A DNA stretch of 64,000 nucleotides from an uncultured delta proteobacterium (GTDB lineage Bacteria > Myxococcota_A > Polyangia > Fen-1088), in NCBI GenBank assembly GCA_963737265.1, contig CAVTRY010000018.1, forward strand, positions 160,001 through 224,000, written 5' to 3'. The translations under genes were made by a program, and so were the position numbers. The notes beneath the pieces are model-generated. The model was not told the origin of the DNA. It saw only the letters and a program-made list of their open reading frames with translations, and did not search any database. Within the stretch, counting starts at the first letter, position 1; every line of letters starts with the position of its first letter. Positions 50,001-61,168 of this stretch are shown in pieces.

Positions 50001-51644
50001 GATGCCGTTCACTTCGATGCGACCGTTGGCACTCGGCTGCTCCAGGCTGCCGGCAACGTCGATCGAGACAGCCGCGCTCTTCGCCAGCGGGCCGACCTTC
50101 ATGGTCGATAGCAGCAGGGGGAGGTCCGACGTGCTTACGCGCAAACCAAGGTCGACCAGGTGCTTGGCCAGCGCAACCTTTCCGCGAACATCGGCGGCGG
50201 CGCCGGGAACGGCGATGCGCAGGTCGGAGGTGCTGATGGCTTCCTGCGATGCCTGCGCTTGACCGGTGATCTGCACGGAGCGCGGAATACCGTCGCCGCC
50301 AGAGGATCGGTCGAAGCGAAGGTCGAGGCCGCTCAGACGAGCCGATTTTTTGGCGCCGATATTGGCGACGACGGTCATGTGTCCGTGCAGCTTTCCGGCC
50401 GCAAGTTTCTTGAGGGATTTGGGCAAATAGGCGTCGCTGGCGAAGTGGTCGAAGTCGAGCTTGGCCTTGATGTCGTCACCGGCCATGGTCATCTCGGTCG
50501 AAAACTTGCCGCCCGACGGCGACAGGAACGACAACTCGTCGAGGGTCACGGTCATGGTGGGATCGGTGGCGGCGAAGACGATGCCCGCCCGCACCGCCAA
50601 CTGGCGCGCTTCATAGCTTTCATAGGCAGCATCCAGGTGACTGATGGCTGCCTTGATTTTCAGCGTGTCGTAGGGATCCCACAGATCGCCGACCACCTTG
50701 GCGTCGTCACCCGACAGGCGCAAACCGGCGATGTTGTGTGGCTTGGCAACCGCGGTGAGGGCGTCCGCCGCATGCTCGAACTCGGCGTGAATCTTGATTC
50801 CGGACACCGAGCTCGCCCCGTAAATTCCGGTGAAGAATCCCTTGCCGCGCAGGTTCGTCCGTCCGGTCTTGGCCGCCGGCAGGTCGAGAAAGATGTCGTC
50901 GGGCCATTCCCGCGTGGTGGCCACCCGGTCGACGAGCACGCTGTCGAAGGGCAAAACCTCGGTCAATATCTTGAGGTAGCCGCCCTGGCGCGCCTCAAGC
51001 TTGGTGACGTCCCAGCCCACAAAGCCTTCGCCATCGACGAGCACGGAAGCAGGGGAGTGGATGTCGCGCAAATCTAGCCCCCACGCGCCTGGAAAATCGA
51101 AGATGGCGCGGAATCCGCTGAGCTCGGCGTTGACGATTTGAAAGACGAAGCCTTTCGCTTTCTTGGCACCTGGCGGTGGCGGCGGCGGAGGTGGTGTCGG
51201 GTTCTTGGGATCGAATGCCGAAAGAAAGCCGATTCCGGGGTGCTTGTTCATCTTCGCGAAACGCCACAGCGAATTGGGGCCAACCCTAAGGTCGGAAAGG
51301 ACAATCCCGCCGCCGGTGATGAGCGCTCCGAGTCGCACGCTGACCTCCAGGTGCGGAACATCGAGCACCGTCGTGCCCTCCGGATCCGTGATGGTCAAAC
51401 CGTCGACGACCATCGGAGTGGCCCGGTCAGCCACCAGGTCGAAGAGCAGGCGAGCCTTCCAGTAAATCGCTCCGAAGTGCATCTTTCCGCTTTGCTCGGG
51501 CAGAACGCCGTTGACGATCTTGGCCAGACGTTCGCCCTGGACCAGCAGGACCGCGCCCAGCACCACAACCCCCACAAGGGCCACCAGGCTGGCCAGAGCG
51601 TACGCAATGACCTTGGCTATTTTTCGTCGAAACGGCGACGTCAC
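47093..51644 (-). CDS. tamB: TamB/AsmA-like translocation and assembly module protein, 1-bp frameshift near 47425
   Basis: N-terminal TM anchor, long beta-rich body, IHNNLA..GTLAQP.LSG. The shifted tail ends at 47093 with an ATGA overlap onto the Omp85 start. Confidence 0.8.
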
Positions 51645-51752
51645 TCTGCCGCGAGAGTACCCCGGCGCCGCGCGACTCGCCAAGCAGCATGAGCCTGGCA
51701 GTGCGGTTCTCGTGGGGCGCAACTTCTGCTCGTCGCTGGCCGACAACGTGGT

Positions 51753-52457
51753 GTGGTCTTCAACCGAATCCTTCCCATCCTGTGGCCGGCACGTTGCGGA
51801 TCTTGCGAGGTCTTCCTTCCCGAAGGCGCGGCCTTCTGCCAGCGATGCGATCTCTCGGTGATTCCTCTCGGACAGTGCTGCCTGGGTTGCGCCATGCCGG
51901 TGGACACGAGCGAATGCTGTCCGGGCTGCCTTCGCCGGCCCTTTCCCTTTGCCCGAGCCTTTGCGGCCTTGGCGTACGGAGGTTCGCTGACGCAAGCCCT
52001 TTTGCGCTTCAAGCATGGAGGGCACCGGCATCTGGCGCGACCGCTCGGCAGGTACCTAGTTCCAGTTCTGAGCGCGGTGGCGGCGGAGGGCATGGCAGTC
52101 GCATGTCCCGTTCCCCTGCACCCGCATCGTTTGCGACGGCGCGGATTCAATCAGGCGCTTGAGCTGTTGCGGGCTGGATCAGGTGGCTTGCCGCGAAACA
52201 AGCGCCCAGCCATGGTTTGCGACGCGATGTCACGGATCATCGACACGCCCACGCTCGGGCACGAAAAACCCGCGCTGCGCCGCAAACTGGTCGAGGGTGC
52301 GTTTGTCGTTTCCCGGCCCAAGGCAGTGGCTGGCAAGCGCATTTTGGTCGTGGATGATGTCATGACGACCGGGGCGACCTTGGCGGAGTGCGCCCGCACT
52401 CTCCTGGCGGCAGGCGCCAACGAAGTGTGGGTCGCCGCTCTGGCGCGTGCGCTTTGA
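51753..52457 (+). CDS. comF: ComF family phosphoribosyltransferase-like protein
   Basis: Zn-ribbon CxxC motifs, PVPLH..RLRRRGFNQA, LVVDDVMTTGATL. Confidence 0.9.
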   Translation: MVFNRILPILWPARCGSCEVFLPEGAAFCQRCDLSVIPLGQCCLGCAMPVDTSECCPGCLRRPFPFARAFAALAYGGSLTQALLRFKHGGHRHLARPLGRYLVPVLSAVAAEGMAVACPVPLHPHRLRRRGFNQALELLRAGSGGLPRNKRPAMVCDAMSRIIDTPTLGHEKPALRRKLVEGAFVVSRPKAVAGKRILVVDDVMTTGATLAECARTLLAAGANEVWVAALARAL

Positions 52458-52468
52458 CGATTCCTTCC

Positions 52469-52496
52469 TTGACACTGGATTTTGGATCGCTAAGGT
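52469..52496 (+). promoter_or_regulatory. Sigma70-type promoter of tRNA-Val
   Basis: TTGACA-N16-TAAGGT. Confidence 0.6.
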
Positions 52497-52522
52497 AGCC
52501 GCCCTGGACCGGACGAACGCAC

Positions 52523-52597
<75 letters not shown>

Positions 52598-52814
52598 GGA
52601 CTCGAAGAAAGAACCCTGGGAGGGTCCTTTCAATCTTCCGCGTGGAGTGCCGCCCGGCAAAGCCCGCCGTTTGGGAAATCCGAGCAATCCGGACTCCGGG
52701 ATGCTATCGTGCGCAGTCGTTGACCGAACCATCGCTCTTCCTCTTGCAGTTTGCGCCCAGTGCCGCGGGGCGGAGTGCTGTTACTCGCTGTTCGCGGTCG
52801 GGAGAAACTGAATC

Positions 52815-54608
52815 GTGAGTGAGCGCCCGGTCCTTCGTCCCCGCGACAAAGGGGATGTTCCAGACGATCCCTTGTCGAAGTTGCGCCACTCGGCGTCGCA
52901 CGTGATGGCCGATGCGGTCCGTCGCCTCCGACCTAGCGCAAAAGTCACCATCGGTCCGGCGATCGAGAGTGGCTTCTACTACGACTTCGACACCGAACCA
53001 TTCGAGCCGGGAGACATCGAGCGCATCGAGGTCGAGATGGCCAAGATCGTCGCCCAGGATCTGCCCTTCGTTCGCAAGGTCGTCTCGCGCGAGGACGCGC
53101 TGAAGCTATTCGGCGATCTAGGCGAGAGCTACAAGGTTGAAATCATCCAATCCATTCCCGAGGGCGAGGAGATTTCGCTCTACCAGCACGGCGAGTTCGT
53201 GGATCTGTGCGCAGGTCCCCACGTCGAGAGCACGGGCCAGATCAAGGCGTTCAAGGTTCTTTCCTTCGCCGGTGCTTACTGGCGCGGCGACGAAAAGAAC
53301 CAGCAGCTTCAGCGTGTCTACGGAACGGCCTTCGGTTCCAAAGACGATCTGAAAGCCCACCTCGAACGCTTGGAAGAAGCCAAGCGCCGCGACCACCGCG
53401 TGCTTGGCAAGCAACTCGATCTGTTTTCCGTCGACGAATTGGTCGGCCCGGGCTTCGTGCTGTGGCACCCCAAGGGCGCAATCCTGCGTTCCGTGCTGGA
53501 GGACATGATTCGCAAGGAAGTCGTGAAGCGCGGCTATCAGGCCGTGTACACCCCGCACGTTGCACGCGAGCAGCTGCTGGAAAAGTCGGGGCACCTTGCC
53601 CACTACAAGGACAATCTCTTCGGCGGCATGGAGCTTGAGGGGCAACGCTACCTCGTCAAGCCGATGAACTGTCCATTCCACGTGGCTATCTACCGCTCGC
53701 AGCTACGTTCCTACCGCGAGCTGCCGATTCGCTACTCCGAGCTGGGCACGGTTTATCGCTACGAGCGTTCGGGCGTGCTGCACGGCCTTTTGCGTGTGCG
53801 CGGTTTTACCCAGGACGACGCACATTTGTTCATCACCGAGGACCAGATCGAGGCCGAGCTGGCTGCCTGCGTCCGCTTCGGCATGGATGTCCTGCGTCTG
53901 TTCGGATTCGAGGATGTGAAGTTTTTCATGTCCACGCGACCCAAAGACTTCATGGGTGAGATCGATGCGTGGGATCGGGCCGAGGCCGCGATCCGCCGCG
54001 CGCTCGAATCCAACGGCCAGCCATTCGAGATTGACGAAGGGGGCGGCGCGTTCTACGGCCCCAAGATCGATCTGAAGATTCGCGATGCCATCGGCCGTGA
54101 GTGGCAGTGCACGACCTTCCAGCTCGACTATCAGATGCCCGAGCGATTCAGCTTAGAATACGTGGCTTCTGACGGTTCCCGCAAGCGCCCGATCATGATC
54201 CACCGGGCCTTGCTGGGCTCTATCGAACGGTTCATTGCCGTGCTGATCGAGCACTTCGCGGGCGCCTTTCCGATGTGGCTGGCACCGGTGCAGGCGCGCG
54301 TGATCACGGTCAGCGAAAAGGCCGAAGCATACGGGCGCGAGGTCGAGGCCGCGCTCCTCGCAACCGGACTGCGTGTCGACGCCGATCTGAGCGCCGACAA
54401 GCTCAACGCCAAGATTCGCCGCGCCCAACTCGAAAAAATTCCCTACATGCTGGTGGTGGGCGAGCGGGACATGGCCGCGCGTGTGGTTTCGCCACGAACC
54501 CGCGATGGCAAGCAGCTGTCAGCGACCCCACTCGATGAATTGGCGAAAATGTTGGTTGCCGAGGCGGTCGTTCCGCCCCTCGGCGACGCGAGTTCCAAGC
54601 AGGCGTAG
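52815..54608 (+). CDS. thrS: Threonine--tRNA ligase (lacks N-terminal TGS domain)
   Basis: RHSASH, DLCAGPH, RDHRVLG, KPMNCP, RVRGFTQDDAH, IHRALLGS.ER. Confidence 0.97.
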   Translation: MSERPVLRPRDKGDVPDDPLSKLRHSASHVMADAVRRLRPSAKVTIGPAIESGFYYDFDTEPFEPGDIERIEVEMAKIVAQDLPFVRKVVSREDALKLFGDLGESYKVEIIQSIPEGEEISLYQHGEFVDLCAGPHVESTGQIKAFKVLSFAGAYWRGDEKNQQLQRVYGTAFGSKDDLKAHLERLEEAKRRDHRVLGKQLDLFSVDELVGPGFVLWHPKGAILRSVLEDMIRKEVVKRGYQAVYTPHVAREQLLEKSGHLAHYKDNLFGGMELEGQRYLVKPMNCPFHVAIYRSQLRSYRELPIRYSELGTVYRYERSGVLHGLLRVRGFTQDDAHLFITEDQIEAELAACVRFGMDVLRLFGFEDVKFFMSTRPKDFMGEIDAWDRAEAAIRRALESNGQPFEIDEGGGAFYGPKIDLKIRDAIGREWQCTTFQLDYQMPERFSLEYVASDGSRKRPIMIHRALLGSIERFIAVLIEHFAGAFPMWLAPVQARVITVSEKAEAYGREVEAALLATGLRVDADLSADKLNAKIRRAQLEKIPYMLVVGERDMAARVVSPRTRDGKQLSATPLDELAKMLVAEAVVPPLGDASSKQA

Positions 54609-54637
54609 AACGCGGCAATCGAGCAGGAGGAAAGAGC

Positions 54638-55348
54638 ATCCCAAGGCCAGGTGGATATCAAGGAGCGCGTGGCTCCAGTGGAAGTGCAGCAGACAACTAT
54701 CGCGTCGGGCGCCGCATTCGCGTGCCCGAGGTACGCGTGATCGGGGGCGACGGCAGTCAAGTCGGCATCCTCCAGACGCACGAAGCCTTGCGCATGGCGG
54801 AAGAGGCGGGGCTCGATCTGGTCGAGGTCAGTCCGCGCGCCGTACCGCCGGTGTGCCGAATCATGGACTTCGGTCGCTTCAAGTACCAAGAATCCAAGAA
54901 GGAAAAGGCATCGCGCAAGCACCAGTCGACGGTCATCATCAAAGAAATCAAGTTTCGGCCCAAGACCGACACCCACGACCTGGACTTCAAGCTCAAGCAC
55001 ATCCGTCGCTTCCTTGGCGAGGGCAACAAGGTGCGCCTCATGATCGTGTTCCGCGGTCGCGAAATCGTGCACCCCGAGACCGGCCAAGCCATGCTGGACA
55101 CGGTGTTCAGGAACGTGTCCGATATCGCCGCCATCGAGCAGAAGCCGTCCATGGAAGGCCGCCGCATGGTGATGGTGCTGGGCACCCGCGCTGGGGTTAT
55201 CCGGCCGGCAACCATTTCTCAGCCGACGGGCACAGCTCCGGTATCGGCTGGGTCTTCGGGTCCGGCATCCCCGGTTTTGCGCCCCACGACTCAGATTGGT
55301 GGCGGTTCCGAGCCACAAGCGCCGGGTTCGGTGGAATCCAAGGCGTAA
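54638..55348 (+). CDS. infC: Translation initiation factor IF-3 (ATC start)
   Basis: AGGAGG-N7-ATC in frame. IRVPEVRVI, LDLVEV, KEIKFRP. Confidence 0.93.
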   Translation: MPRPGGYQGARGSSGSAADNYRVGRRIRVPEVRVIGGDGSQVGILQTHEALRMAEEAGLDLVEVSPRAVPPVCRIMDFGRFKYQESKKEKASRKHQSTVIIKEIKFRPKTDTHDLDFKLKHIRRFLGEGNKVRLMIVFRGREIVHPETGQAMLDTVFRNVSDIAAIEQKPSMEGRRMVMVLGTRAGVIRPATISQPTGTAPVSAGSSGPASPVLRPTTQIGGGSEPQAPGSVESKA

Positions 55349-55401
55349 CTCGCTCTAATTGCTTGCGTGAGGCATCGCCCTGTATATACTGCGCGCCTCT
55401 C

Positions 55402-55608
55402 ATGCCCAAGCTGAAGATGAAGACGAACAGCTCTGTCAAGAAGCGATTTAAGCTGACAGCCAGCGGTAGGATCAAGCGCAAGCACGCCTTCCAGAGGCAC
55501 ATCCTCACCAACAAAAAGCCAGGCAACAAGCGCAAGCTGCGCAAAGGCGCCTACATCGCCAAGAGCCAGGAACATCAGATCAAGGCGATGATCCCTTACG
55601 GTCTTTGA
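55402..55608 (+). CDS. rpmI: 50S ribosomal protein L35
   Basis: MPKLKMKT..KKRFK.TASG, RHILT.K. Confidence 0.95.
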   Translation: MPKLKMKTNSSVKKRFKLTASGRIKRKHAFQRHILTNKKPGNKRKLRKGAYIAKSQEHQIKAMIPYGL

Positions 55609-55633
55609 TTCGGGAATCCTCAGGAGTTGACCC

Positions 55634-55984
55634 ATGCCCCGCGCTAAAGGTGGTTATAAAACAAGTCGTCGCCGCAACCGCATCCGCAAGGCCGCCAAGG
55701 GCTTTCGCGGCGGTCGCTCCAAGCTGTGGAAGGCAGCGGTAGAAGCGGTCCATCGCAAGTGGCGCTTCGCCTTCTTCCACCGTCGCAAGCGGAAGGGCGA
55801 CTTCCGCGGACTGTGGATCGCGCGTATCAACGCCGCTGCTCGCGAAATCGGCGTGTCGTACTCGCGCCTGATTGCCGGGCTGACGAAGTCGAACATCGCC
55901 ATTGATCGCAAGATTCTAGCGGATTTGGCGATTAGCGATCCCAACGCCTTCAAGAAGATCGTCGAAGCCGCCACGGCGGCCTAA
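55634..55984 (+). CDS. rplT: 50S ribosomal protein L20
   Basis: [33 protein letters not shown]. Confidence 0.97.
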   Translation: MPRAKGGYKTSRRRNRIRKAAKGFRGGRSKLWKAAVEAVHRKWRFAFFHRRKRKGDFRGLWIARINAAAREIGVSYSRLIAGLTKSNIAIDRKILADLAISDPNAFKKIVEAATAA

Positions 55985-56001
55985 CCCCGGCGCGCGCCGC
56001 C

Positions 56002-57072
56002 ATGGCTAGCGAGGGTTTAGGGGCAGCCCAAGACCTCGTTCGTTCGTTCGAGAGTCTGACGGCTGATTTTTCGGCCGAGATCGGCAGTCTGCGCACGGAG
56101 CAGGACATCCGGCTCGCGCAGGCGCGCTACCTCGGCAAGAAGGGCAGGGCGACCGAGCTAATGAAACAGCTCGGCCGCATCCCGGCGGCCGACCGTCCCG
56201 CCGTCGGCGAAGCCGCCAACCGATCGCGCGCGGCCATCGAACAGTCCGTCGAAGTGCGTCTGGCTGCCTTGGCCGAGGCTGCCTTGGCGAGCGAGCTCGC
56301 GCGCGGCGTGGACGTCACCTTGCCGGGGCGCGGTCGGCGCGCGGGCAGCCTGCATCCGCTCACCCGCGTGCGCATGGAAATCGAGCAGATCTTTCACGCC
56401 ATGGGTTTCGAAGTGCGCACCGGTCCGCTCATCGAGACCGAGTGGAACAATTTCGATGCGCTCAACACCCCGGCCGATCACCCGGCGCGCGACATGCAGG
56501 ACACCTTCTTCGTCGAGGGTGGGCGCATTCTGCGTTCGCACACCTCGCCGGTGCAGATACGGACCATGTTGGCCGGCCCACCGCCGGTGAAGATCATCGC
56601 GCCCGGCAACGTGTTTCGTCGCGACGACGACGCGACCCACACGCCGATGTTTCCGCAATGCGAGGGTCTGCATGTCGACAAGAACGTCAGCTTCGAGGAT
56701 TTGAAGGCCACGCTCATCGTCTTCGTCCAGCGCTTCTTCGGGCCGCAAACCGAGATTCGCCTGCGCCCGAGCTTCTTTCCCTTTACTGAACCCTCGGCGG
56801 AAGTCGACGCCTCGTGTTTTCTGTGCGAAGGCAAGTCGCCCGCGCGTGCGTCCTGTCGTTTGTGCAAGGGAACGGGCTGGCTCGAAATCGGCGGCTCGGG
56901 CATGGTCCATCCCAACGTCCTGGCGGCGGTGGGTTACGACAAGTACGACGTCACCGGCTTCGCCTTCGGCATGGGCCTGTCGCGCATGGCGATGCTGAAG
57001 TATGGGGTTACGGATCTGCGCCTATTCTACGAAAACGACCTGCGTTTTCTTCAGCAATTTCCAGCAGGATAG
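56002..57072 (+). CDS. pheS: Phenylalanine--tRNA ligase alpha subunit
   Basis: HPARDMQDTF, HTSPVQ, FPFTEPS, GFAFGMG. Confidence 0.97.
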   Translation: MASEGLGAAQDLVRSFESLTADFSAEIGSLRTEQDIRLAQARYLGKKGRATELMKQLGRIPAADRPAVGEAANRSRAAIEQSVEVRLAALAEAALASELARGVDVTLPGRGRRAGSLHPLTRVRMEIEQIFHAMGFEVRTGPLIETEWNNFDALNTPADHPARDMQDTFFVEGGRILRSHTSPVQIRTMLAGPPPVKIIAPGNVFRRDDDATHTPMFPQCEGLHVDKNVSFEDLKATLIVFVQRFFGPQTEIRLRPSFFPFTEPSAEVDASCFLCEGKSPARASCRLCKGTGWLEIGGSGMVHPNVLAAVGYDKYDVTGFAFGMGLSRMAMLKYGVTDLRLFYENDLRFLQQFPAG

Positions 57073-57081
57073 GGACTTTTG

Positions 57082-59487
57082 ATGAAGATCTCGTTGAACT
57101 GGTTGCGCGAGCTAGTCGAGCTTCCACGCGGCATCGATGCCGAACGCGTCGCTGGCATTCTGACCAGTCAAGGTCTGGAGGTGGAAAGCATCGAGCCAAA
57201 GGGACGCGAGCTGTCCGGCGTCGTCGTGGCCGAGGTGCTGGCCACCCGGCCCCATCCCAACGCCGACAAGCTTCGCATCGTGCGCGTGCGCGCCGGCGCT
57301 CGCGAGGAAGACGTCGTGTGCGGCGCGCCGAATGTCCCGCCGTCCGGGCAGCGGGTTTGCTGGGCTCAGCCGGGCGCGCGGCTGCCTGGCGGCAAGACCC
57401 TGGAGGCGCGCGAGGTGCGCGGCGTGATGTCGCCCGGCATGCTGTGCAGCGAACCCGAAATGGGCTTAGGAGAACAAGGTGACGGAATCTTGATTCTGTC
57501 AACTAGCGCCACGCCGGGGGACGACGTCGCGACCTTCGCCAGTGCGTCCGACGACGTACTGGAAGTCAACGTCACGCCCAATCGGCCTGATGCGCTTTCC
57601 CACCTTGGAGTCGCGCGCGAACTGGCCGCGCACTTCGGCATTCGCCTGCGGCTGCCCGCTATCGACCAGGTGCCGGAGGTGGACAACGGACCAACCATGG
57701 ACGTCGAAATCGCCCATGCCCAGGGCTGCCCTCGCTACCTCGCGCGCTTCCTCACGGGCCTCACCGTGGCGCCGAGCCCGATTCAGATGCGGCTGCGCCT
57801 TGGTTATTGCGGGATGCGCGCCATTTCGAATTTGGTCGACGTCACCAACTACGTTTTGCTCGAAACCGGGCATCCCTTGCATGCCTTCGATTTCGACAAG
57901 TTGCAGGGCCGCATCGTCGTGCGCCGGGCTGGGCAGGGCGAAACCATGGTGACGCTCGACGGCCAGAAGCGGGAGCTCGCACCTGAAGACCTTCTGATTG
58001 CCGACGAAGGCGGGGCGGTCGCCATCGCCGGGGTGATGGGAGGTTCCACCAGCGAAGTCTCCGCGTCGACACGGAACGTGCTGCTGGAAACCGCCACCTT
58101 CGATTCGCGCAGCATCCGCCGGACCGCCAAGCGACTGGGAATTACGTCGGAGGCCTCATATCGCTTCGAGCGCGGCGTCGATGCCTATGGCACTCCCTTC
58201 GCATCCGCGCGCGCAGTTTCGCTGCTGGCCAAGCTGGGAGGCGGCAGCTTGGTGCGTACCCAAGTCGATCGTTTTCCGCGACCTCCAGCGGTCGTGAAGG
58301 TGACGCTGGCGCTATCCAAACTGCGCCGCGTGACCGGCACCGACTACTCGCTCGCCTTCGCTTCGCAGCAGATCACGCGCCTGGGCATGACGTGCGAAAC
58401 CGCGGCGGACAGCATTCGCGTGACGGTGCCGTCCTATCGCCCGGACGTCACCATCGCCGAGGATCTCGTCGAAGAGGTGCTGCGCATGGGCGAGCTAGGC
58501 AAAGCCGCGGACAAGAAGCGGGTCGCCAGCAACGCTATCGAGCGCGCCAATCCCGAGGGACCGGCCGATCGCGCGCGCTTGCTTCTGGCCGGGGCTGGGC
58601 TAGCGGAAATCGTGACCTGGGCCTTTATTCCGAAGGCGCTTCTCGCCGCCATCAGCGGCGACGGGTCGGACGAACGGTTGGCCCGCGGAGTTGTCCTTCG
58701 CAACCCAATTTCGGCGGACTACGAAGTGATGCGCACCTCGCTGCTTCCAGGTCTCGCCGAAACCCTCAAGCGCAATCGTTCGCGAGGTGTGACGGATCCT
58801 TGGTTGTTCGAGGTCGGACCGGTGATCCAGCGGGGCGCGGACGACAACGCCGCCCCCGTCGAATCCTCCTACGCCGCGGGAATCATCGCCGGCAACAGCG
58901 CGGGCTGGCTCAAACCCGGCGAGCCGCTCGACTTCTTCGATCTCAAGCGCGTGGTCGAGGATCTTTTGCGCGGTTTCGGTCTAGCGGAAAGCCGTTTCGA
59001 AGCGCCAGCGACCGTGCCTTTCCTGCATCCTGGCGTCTCGGCGCGGCTGCTCGCGCGAGACGGAACACAGCTCGGCTGCTTGGGCGAATTACATCCGTCC
59101 GTCGCGCGCAAACTGGGCGTTGAGATCACGGCATTCTACTTCGAAGTGGCGATTGCAGAGCTCGCGGTGGCGGCGGGCCCCTTGCGCACGTCCGCGCCGC
59201 CGCGCTTTCCTGCGGTTGCCCGAGACGTCTCGTTCTGGATCGACGCTGCCACACCGGCGGATGCGCAGCGCGCGGCTTTCCAGTCGGCGGCCGAGCCGCT
59301 CTTGCGCGATCTTGCGGTGCTGGAAGATTTTCGCGACCCGAAATACGCCCCACCAGGCAAGAAGGGCATGTTGTGGTCGATGACCTATCGCGCGGCCGAT
59401 CGCACACTCACCGACGCGGAAGGCGATGGTGCGCACGCGCGCGTCGTCAAGGCGCTTGCATCGGCCTTCGCCATCCAAGTACGCTAG
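57082..59487 (+). CDS. pheT: Phenylalanine--tRNA ligase beta subunit
   Basis: HPNADKL, VCGAPN, TPNRPD, SYRFERGVD, MRTSLLPGL. Confidence 0.97.
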   Translation: MKISLNWLRELVELPRGIDAERVAGILTSQGLEVESIEPKGRELSGVVVAEVLATRPHPNADKLRIVRVRAGAREEDVVCGAPNVPPSGQRVCWAQPGARLPGGKTLEAREVRGVMSPGMLCSEPEMGLGEQGDGILILSTSATPGDDVATFASASDDVLEVNVTPNRPDALSHLGVARELAAHFGIRLRLPAIDQVPEVDNGPTMDVEIAHAQGCPRYLARFLTGLTVAPSPIQMRLRLGYCGMRAISNLVDVTNYVLLETGHPLHAFDFDKLQGRIVVRRAGQGETMVTLDGQKRELAPEDLLIADEGGAVAIAGVMGGSTSEVSASTRNVLLETATFDSRSIRRTAKRLGITSEASYRFERGVDAYGTPFASARAVSLLAKLGGGSLVRTQVDRFPRPPAVVKVTLALSKLRRVTGTDYSLAFASQQITRLGMTCETAADSIRVTVPSYRPDVTIAEDLVEEVLRMGELGKAADKKRVASNAIERANPEGPADRARLLLAGAGLAEIVTWAFIPKALLAAISGDGSDERLARGVVLRNPISADYEVMRTSLLPGLAETLKRNRSRGVTDPWLFEVGPVIQRGADDNAAPVESSYAAGIIAGNSAGWLKPGEPLDFFDLKRVVEDLLRGFGLAESRFEAPATVPFLHPGVSARLLARDGTQLGCLGELHPSVARKLGVEITAFYFEVAIAELAVAAGPLRTSAPPRFPAVARDVSFWIDAATPADAQRAAFQSAAEPLLRDLAVLEDFRDPKYAPPGKKGMLWSMTYRAADRTLTDAEGDGAHARVVKALASAFAIQVR

Positions 59488-59558
59488 TTCTCGGCGCGCA
59501 GGTCAACCCGCGCGGGTCAACCCTTTGACAACACTGGCGTTTGTGGGAACATAGCGCC

Positions 59559-59846
59559 ATGACTAAGGCCGACATCGTCGAGACTGTCTACGAGAAAGTC
59601 GGTGGCTTTTCGAAGAAAGAGGCGGCCGAGATCGTCGAGACCGTCTTTGACACGATAAAGGCCACCTTAGAGCGAGGCGAAAAGATCAAGATTTCCGGCT
59701 TCGGCAATTTCGTCGTGCGGGACAAGAACTCGCGTACCGGCCGCAATCCGCAGACCGGCCAGGAAATCACCATCACCGCCCGTCGCGTGCTCACCTTCAA
59801 GCCCAGCCAGGTGCTGAAGAACTCGCTCAACGACGAGCGAACCTAG
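59559..59846 (+). CDS. ihfA: Integration host factor alpha
   Basis: [29 protein letters not shown]. Follows pheT. Confidence 0.93.
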   Translation: MTKADIVETVYEKVGGFSKKEAAEIVETVFDTIKATLERGEKIKISGFGNFVVRDKNSRTGRNPQTGQEITITARRVLTFKPSQVLKNSLNDERT

Positions 59847-59860
59847 GTTCGAGGCAACTG

Positions 59861-60244
59861 TTGGCAAGACGCGCGTCCGCGCCGGTTGATCCGAACGCGA
59901 TTCCGGACAAGCCCTTCTTCAAGATCGGCGAGGCCGCACGCCTGTGCGCGCTCAAGCCATACGTTTTACGCTACTGGGAGACGGAGTTCCATTCCATCAA
60001 GCCGCAGAAAACGCGGTCGCGCCAGCGGCTCTACCGCCGGCAGGACGTCGAGCTGCTGCTGCGCATCCGCAATCTTCTTTACGATCAGCGCTTCACCATC
60101 GAGGGCGCCCGCTCGCGTTTGCGCGAGCTCGGTCACGACGAGGCGGCGCCACCGGCGCTTCCCCCGCCGGAGGTCGATCGCGAAACCATGAGGAAGATCA
60201 AGCAGGCGGTGTTGGATCTGATTGGGCTTGTGGAAGAGCCCTAG
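59861..60244 (+). CDS. MerR family transcriptional regulator
   Basis: [33 protein letters not shown]. Confidence 0.92.
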   Translation: MARRASAPVDPNAIPDKPFFKIGEAARLCALKPYVLRYWETEFHSIKPQKTRSRQRLYRRQDVELLLRIRNLLYDQRFTIEGARSRLRELGHDEAAPPALPPPEVDRETMRKIKQAVLDLIGLVEEP

Positions 60245-60281
60245 GTCCACTACATTTCGCATCCTCTTTCACAACATATAT

Positions 60282-60358
<77 letters not shown>

Positions 60359-60368
60359 AGCATTGTCG

Positions 60369-61136
60369 GTGAAGCCACTTATTCTTCTTAGCAACGACGA
60401 CGGCGTCCGGGCGCCTGGAATCCGGGCGCTGGCCGATGCTTTGGCGGGTGTGGCCGACCTGTTGGTCGCAGCGCCCGACCGCGAACGTAGTGCCGCCGCG
60501 CACTCCATCAGTCTCGATCATCCGCTGCGCGCGGAAGAGGTCGAGCCAAGCGTCTACGCCATCGACGGCACCCCGGTGGATTGCGTCTACCTCGCGCTTC
60601 ATCACCTAGTGCCGCGCAAACCCGATCTGTGCTTGTCGGGCATCAACAACGGCTTCAACCTCGGGTCGGATGTCTTCTATTCCGGCACGGTGGGCGCTGC
60701 ACTGGAAGGCGCCTTGCGCGGCATTCCGTCCATCGCGCTGTCGCTCGAAAGGCGCAAGCCCCAGGATTTCAGCCATGCCGCCGCCTTTGCCCGCGATTTC
60801 GTCAGCGATCTCCTGGCGCGCGGAGCAGAAGCGCTGGAACCGGGAATCTTGCTCAACGTGAACTTTCCGGCCGGCCCGGTGCTAGGGCTGCGCGCCACGT
60901 GCATGGGGCGGCGAATCTATCGCGACCAGGTTTCGGTTCGCCAGGACCTGCGCGGGCGTTCCTACTACTGGATCGGCGGCCCCGAGGAAAAGGGCGATGA
61001 TGTGCCCGGCTCGGATTGCACCGCGATCCAGCAGGGCCACGTTTCCGTGACCCCCATCGGTCTCGACCTGACCCACCGGCCGACACTCGCCAAGCTCTCG
61101 TCCTGGTGGCCGGACGCTCGCATCAAGAGCCAGTAG
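60369..61136 (+). CDS. surE: 5'/3'-nucleotidase SurE
   Basis: ILLSNDDG, DGTPVDCV, SGIN.G.NLG.DV.YSGTV. Confidence 0.96.
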   Translation: MKPLILLSNDDGVRAPGIRALADALAGVADLLVAAPDRERSAAAHSISLDHPLRAEEVEPSVYAIDGTPVDCVYLALHHLVPRKPDLCLSGINNGFNLGSDVFYSGTVGAALEGALRGIPSIALSLERRKPQDFSHAAAFARDFVSDLLARGAEALEPGILLNVNFPAGPVLGLRATCMGRRIYRDQVSVRQDLRGRSYYWIGGPEEKGDDVPGSDCTAIQQGHVSVTPIGLDLTHRPTLAKLSSWWPDARIKSQ

Positions 61137-61168
61137 ACGCCAGCGGCGGGACAGGGTAGGGGAAGAGA

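Noticed and set aside
54481-55401. 375-aa ORF 54481-55608 as one protein
   Set aside because: Only the last 68 codons (rpmI, from 55402) are real. The rest overlaps thrS and infC out of frame.
59525-59553. Sigma70 promoter before ihfA
   Set aside because: TTGACA is present, but there is no convincing -10 at 16-18 nt spacing.
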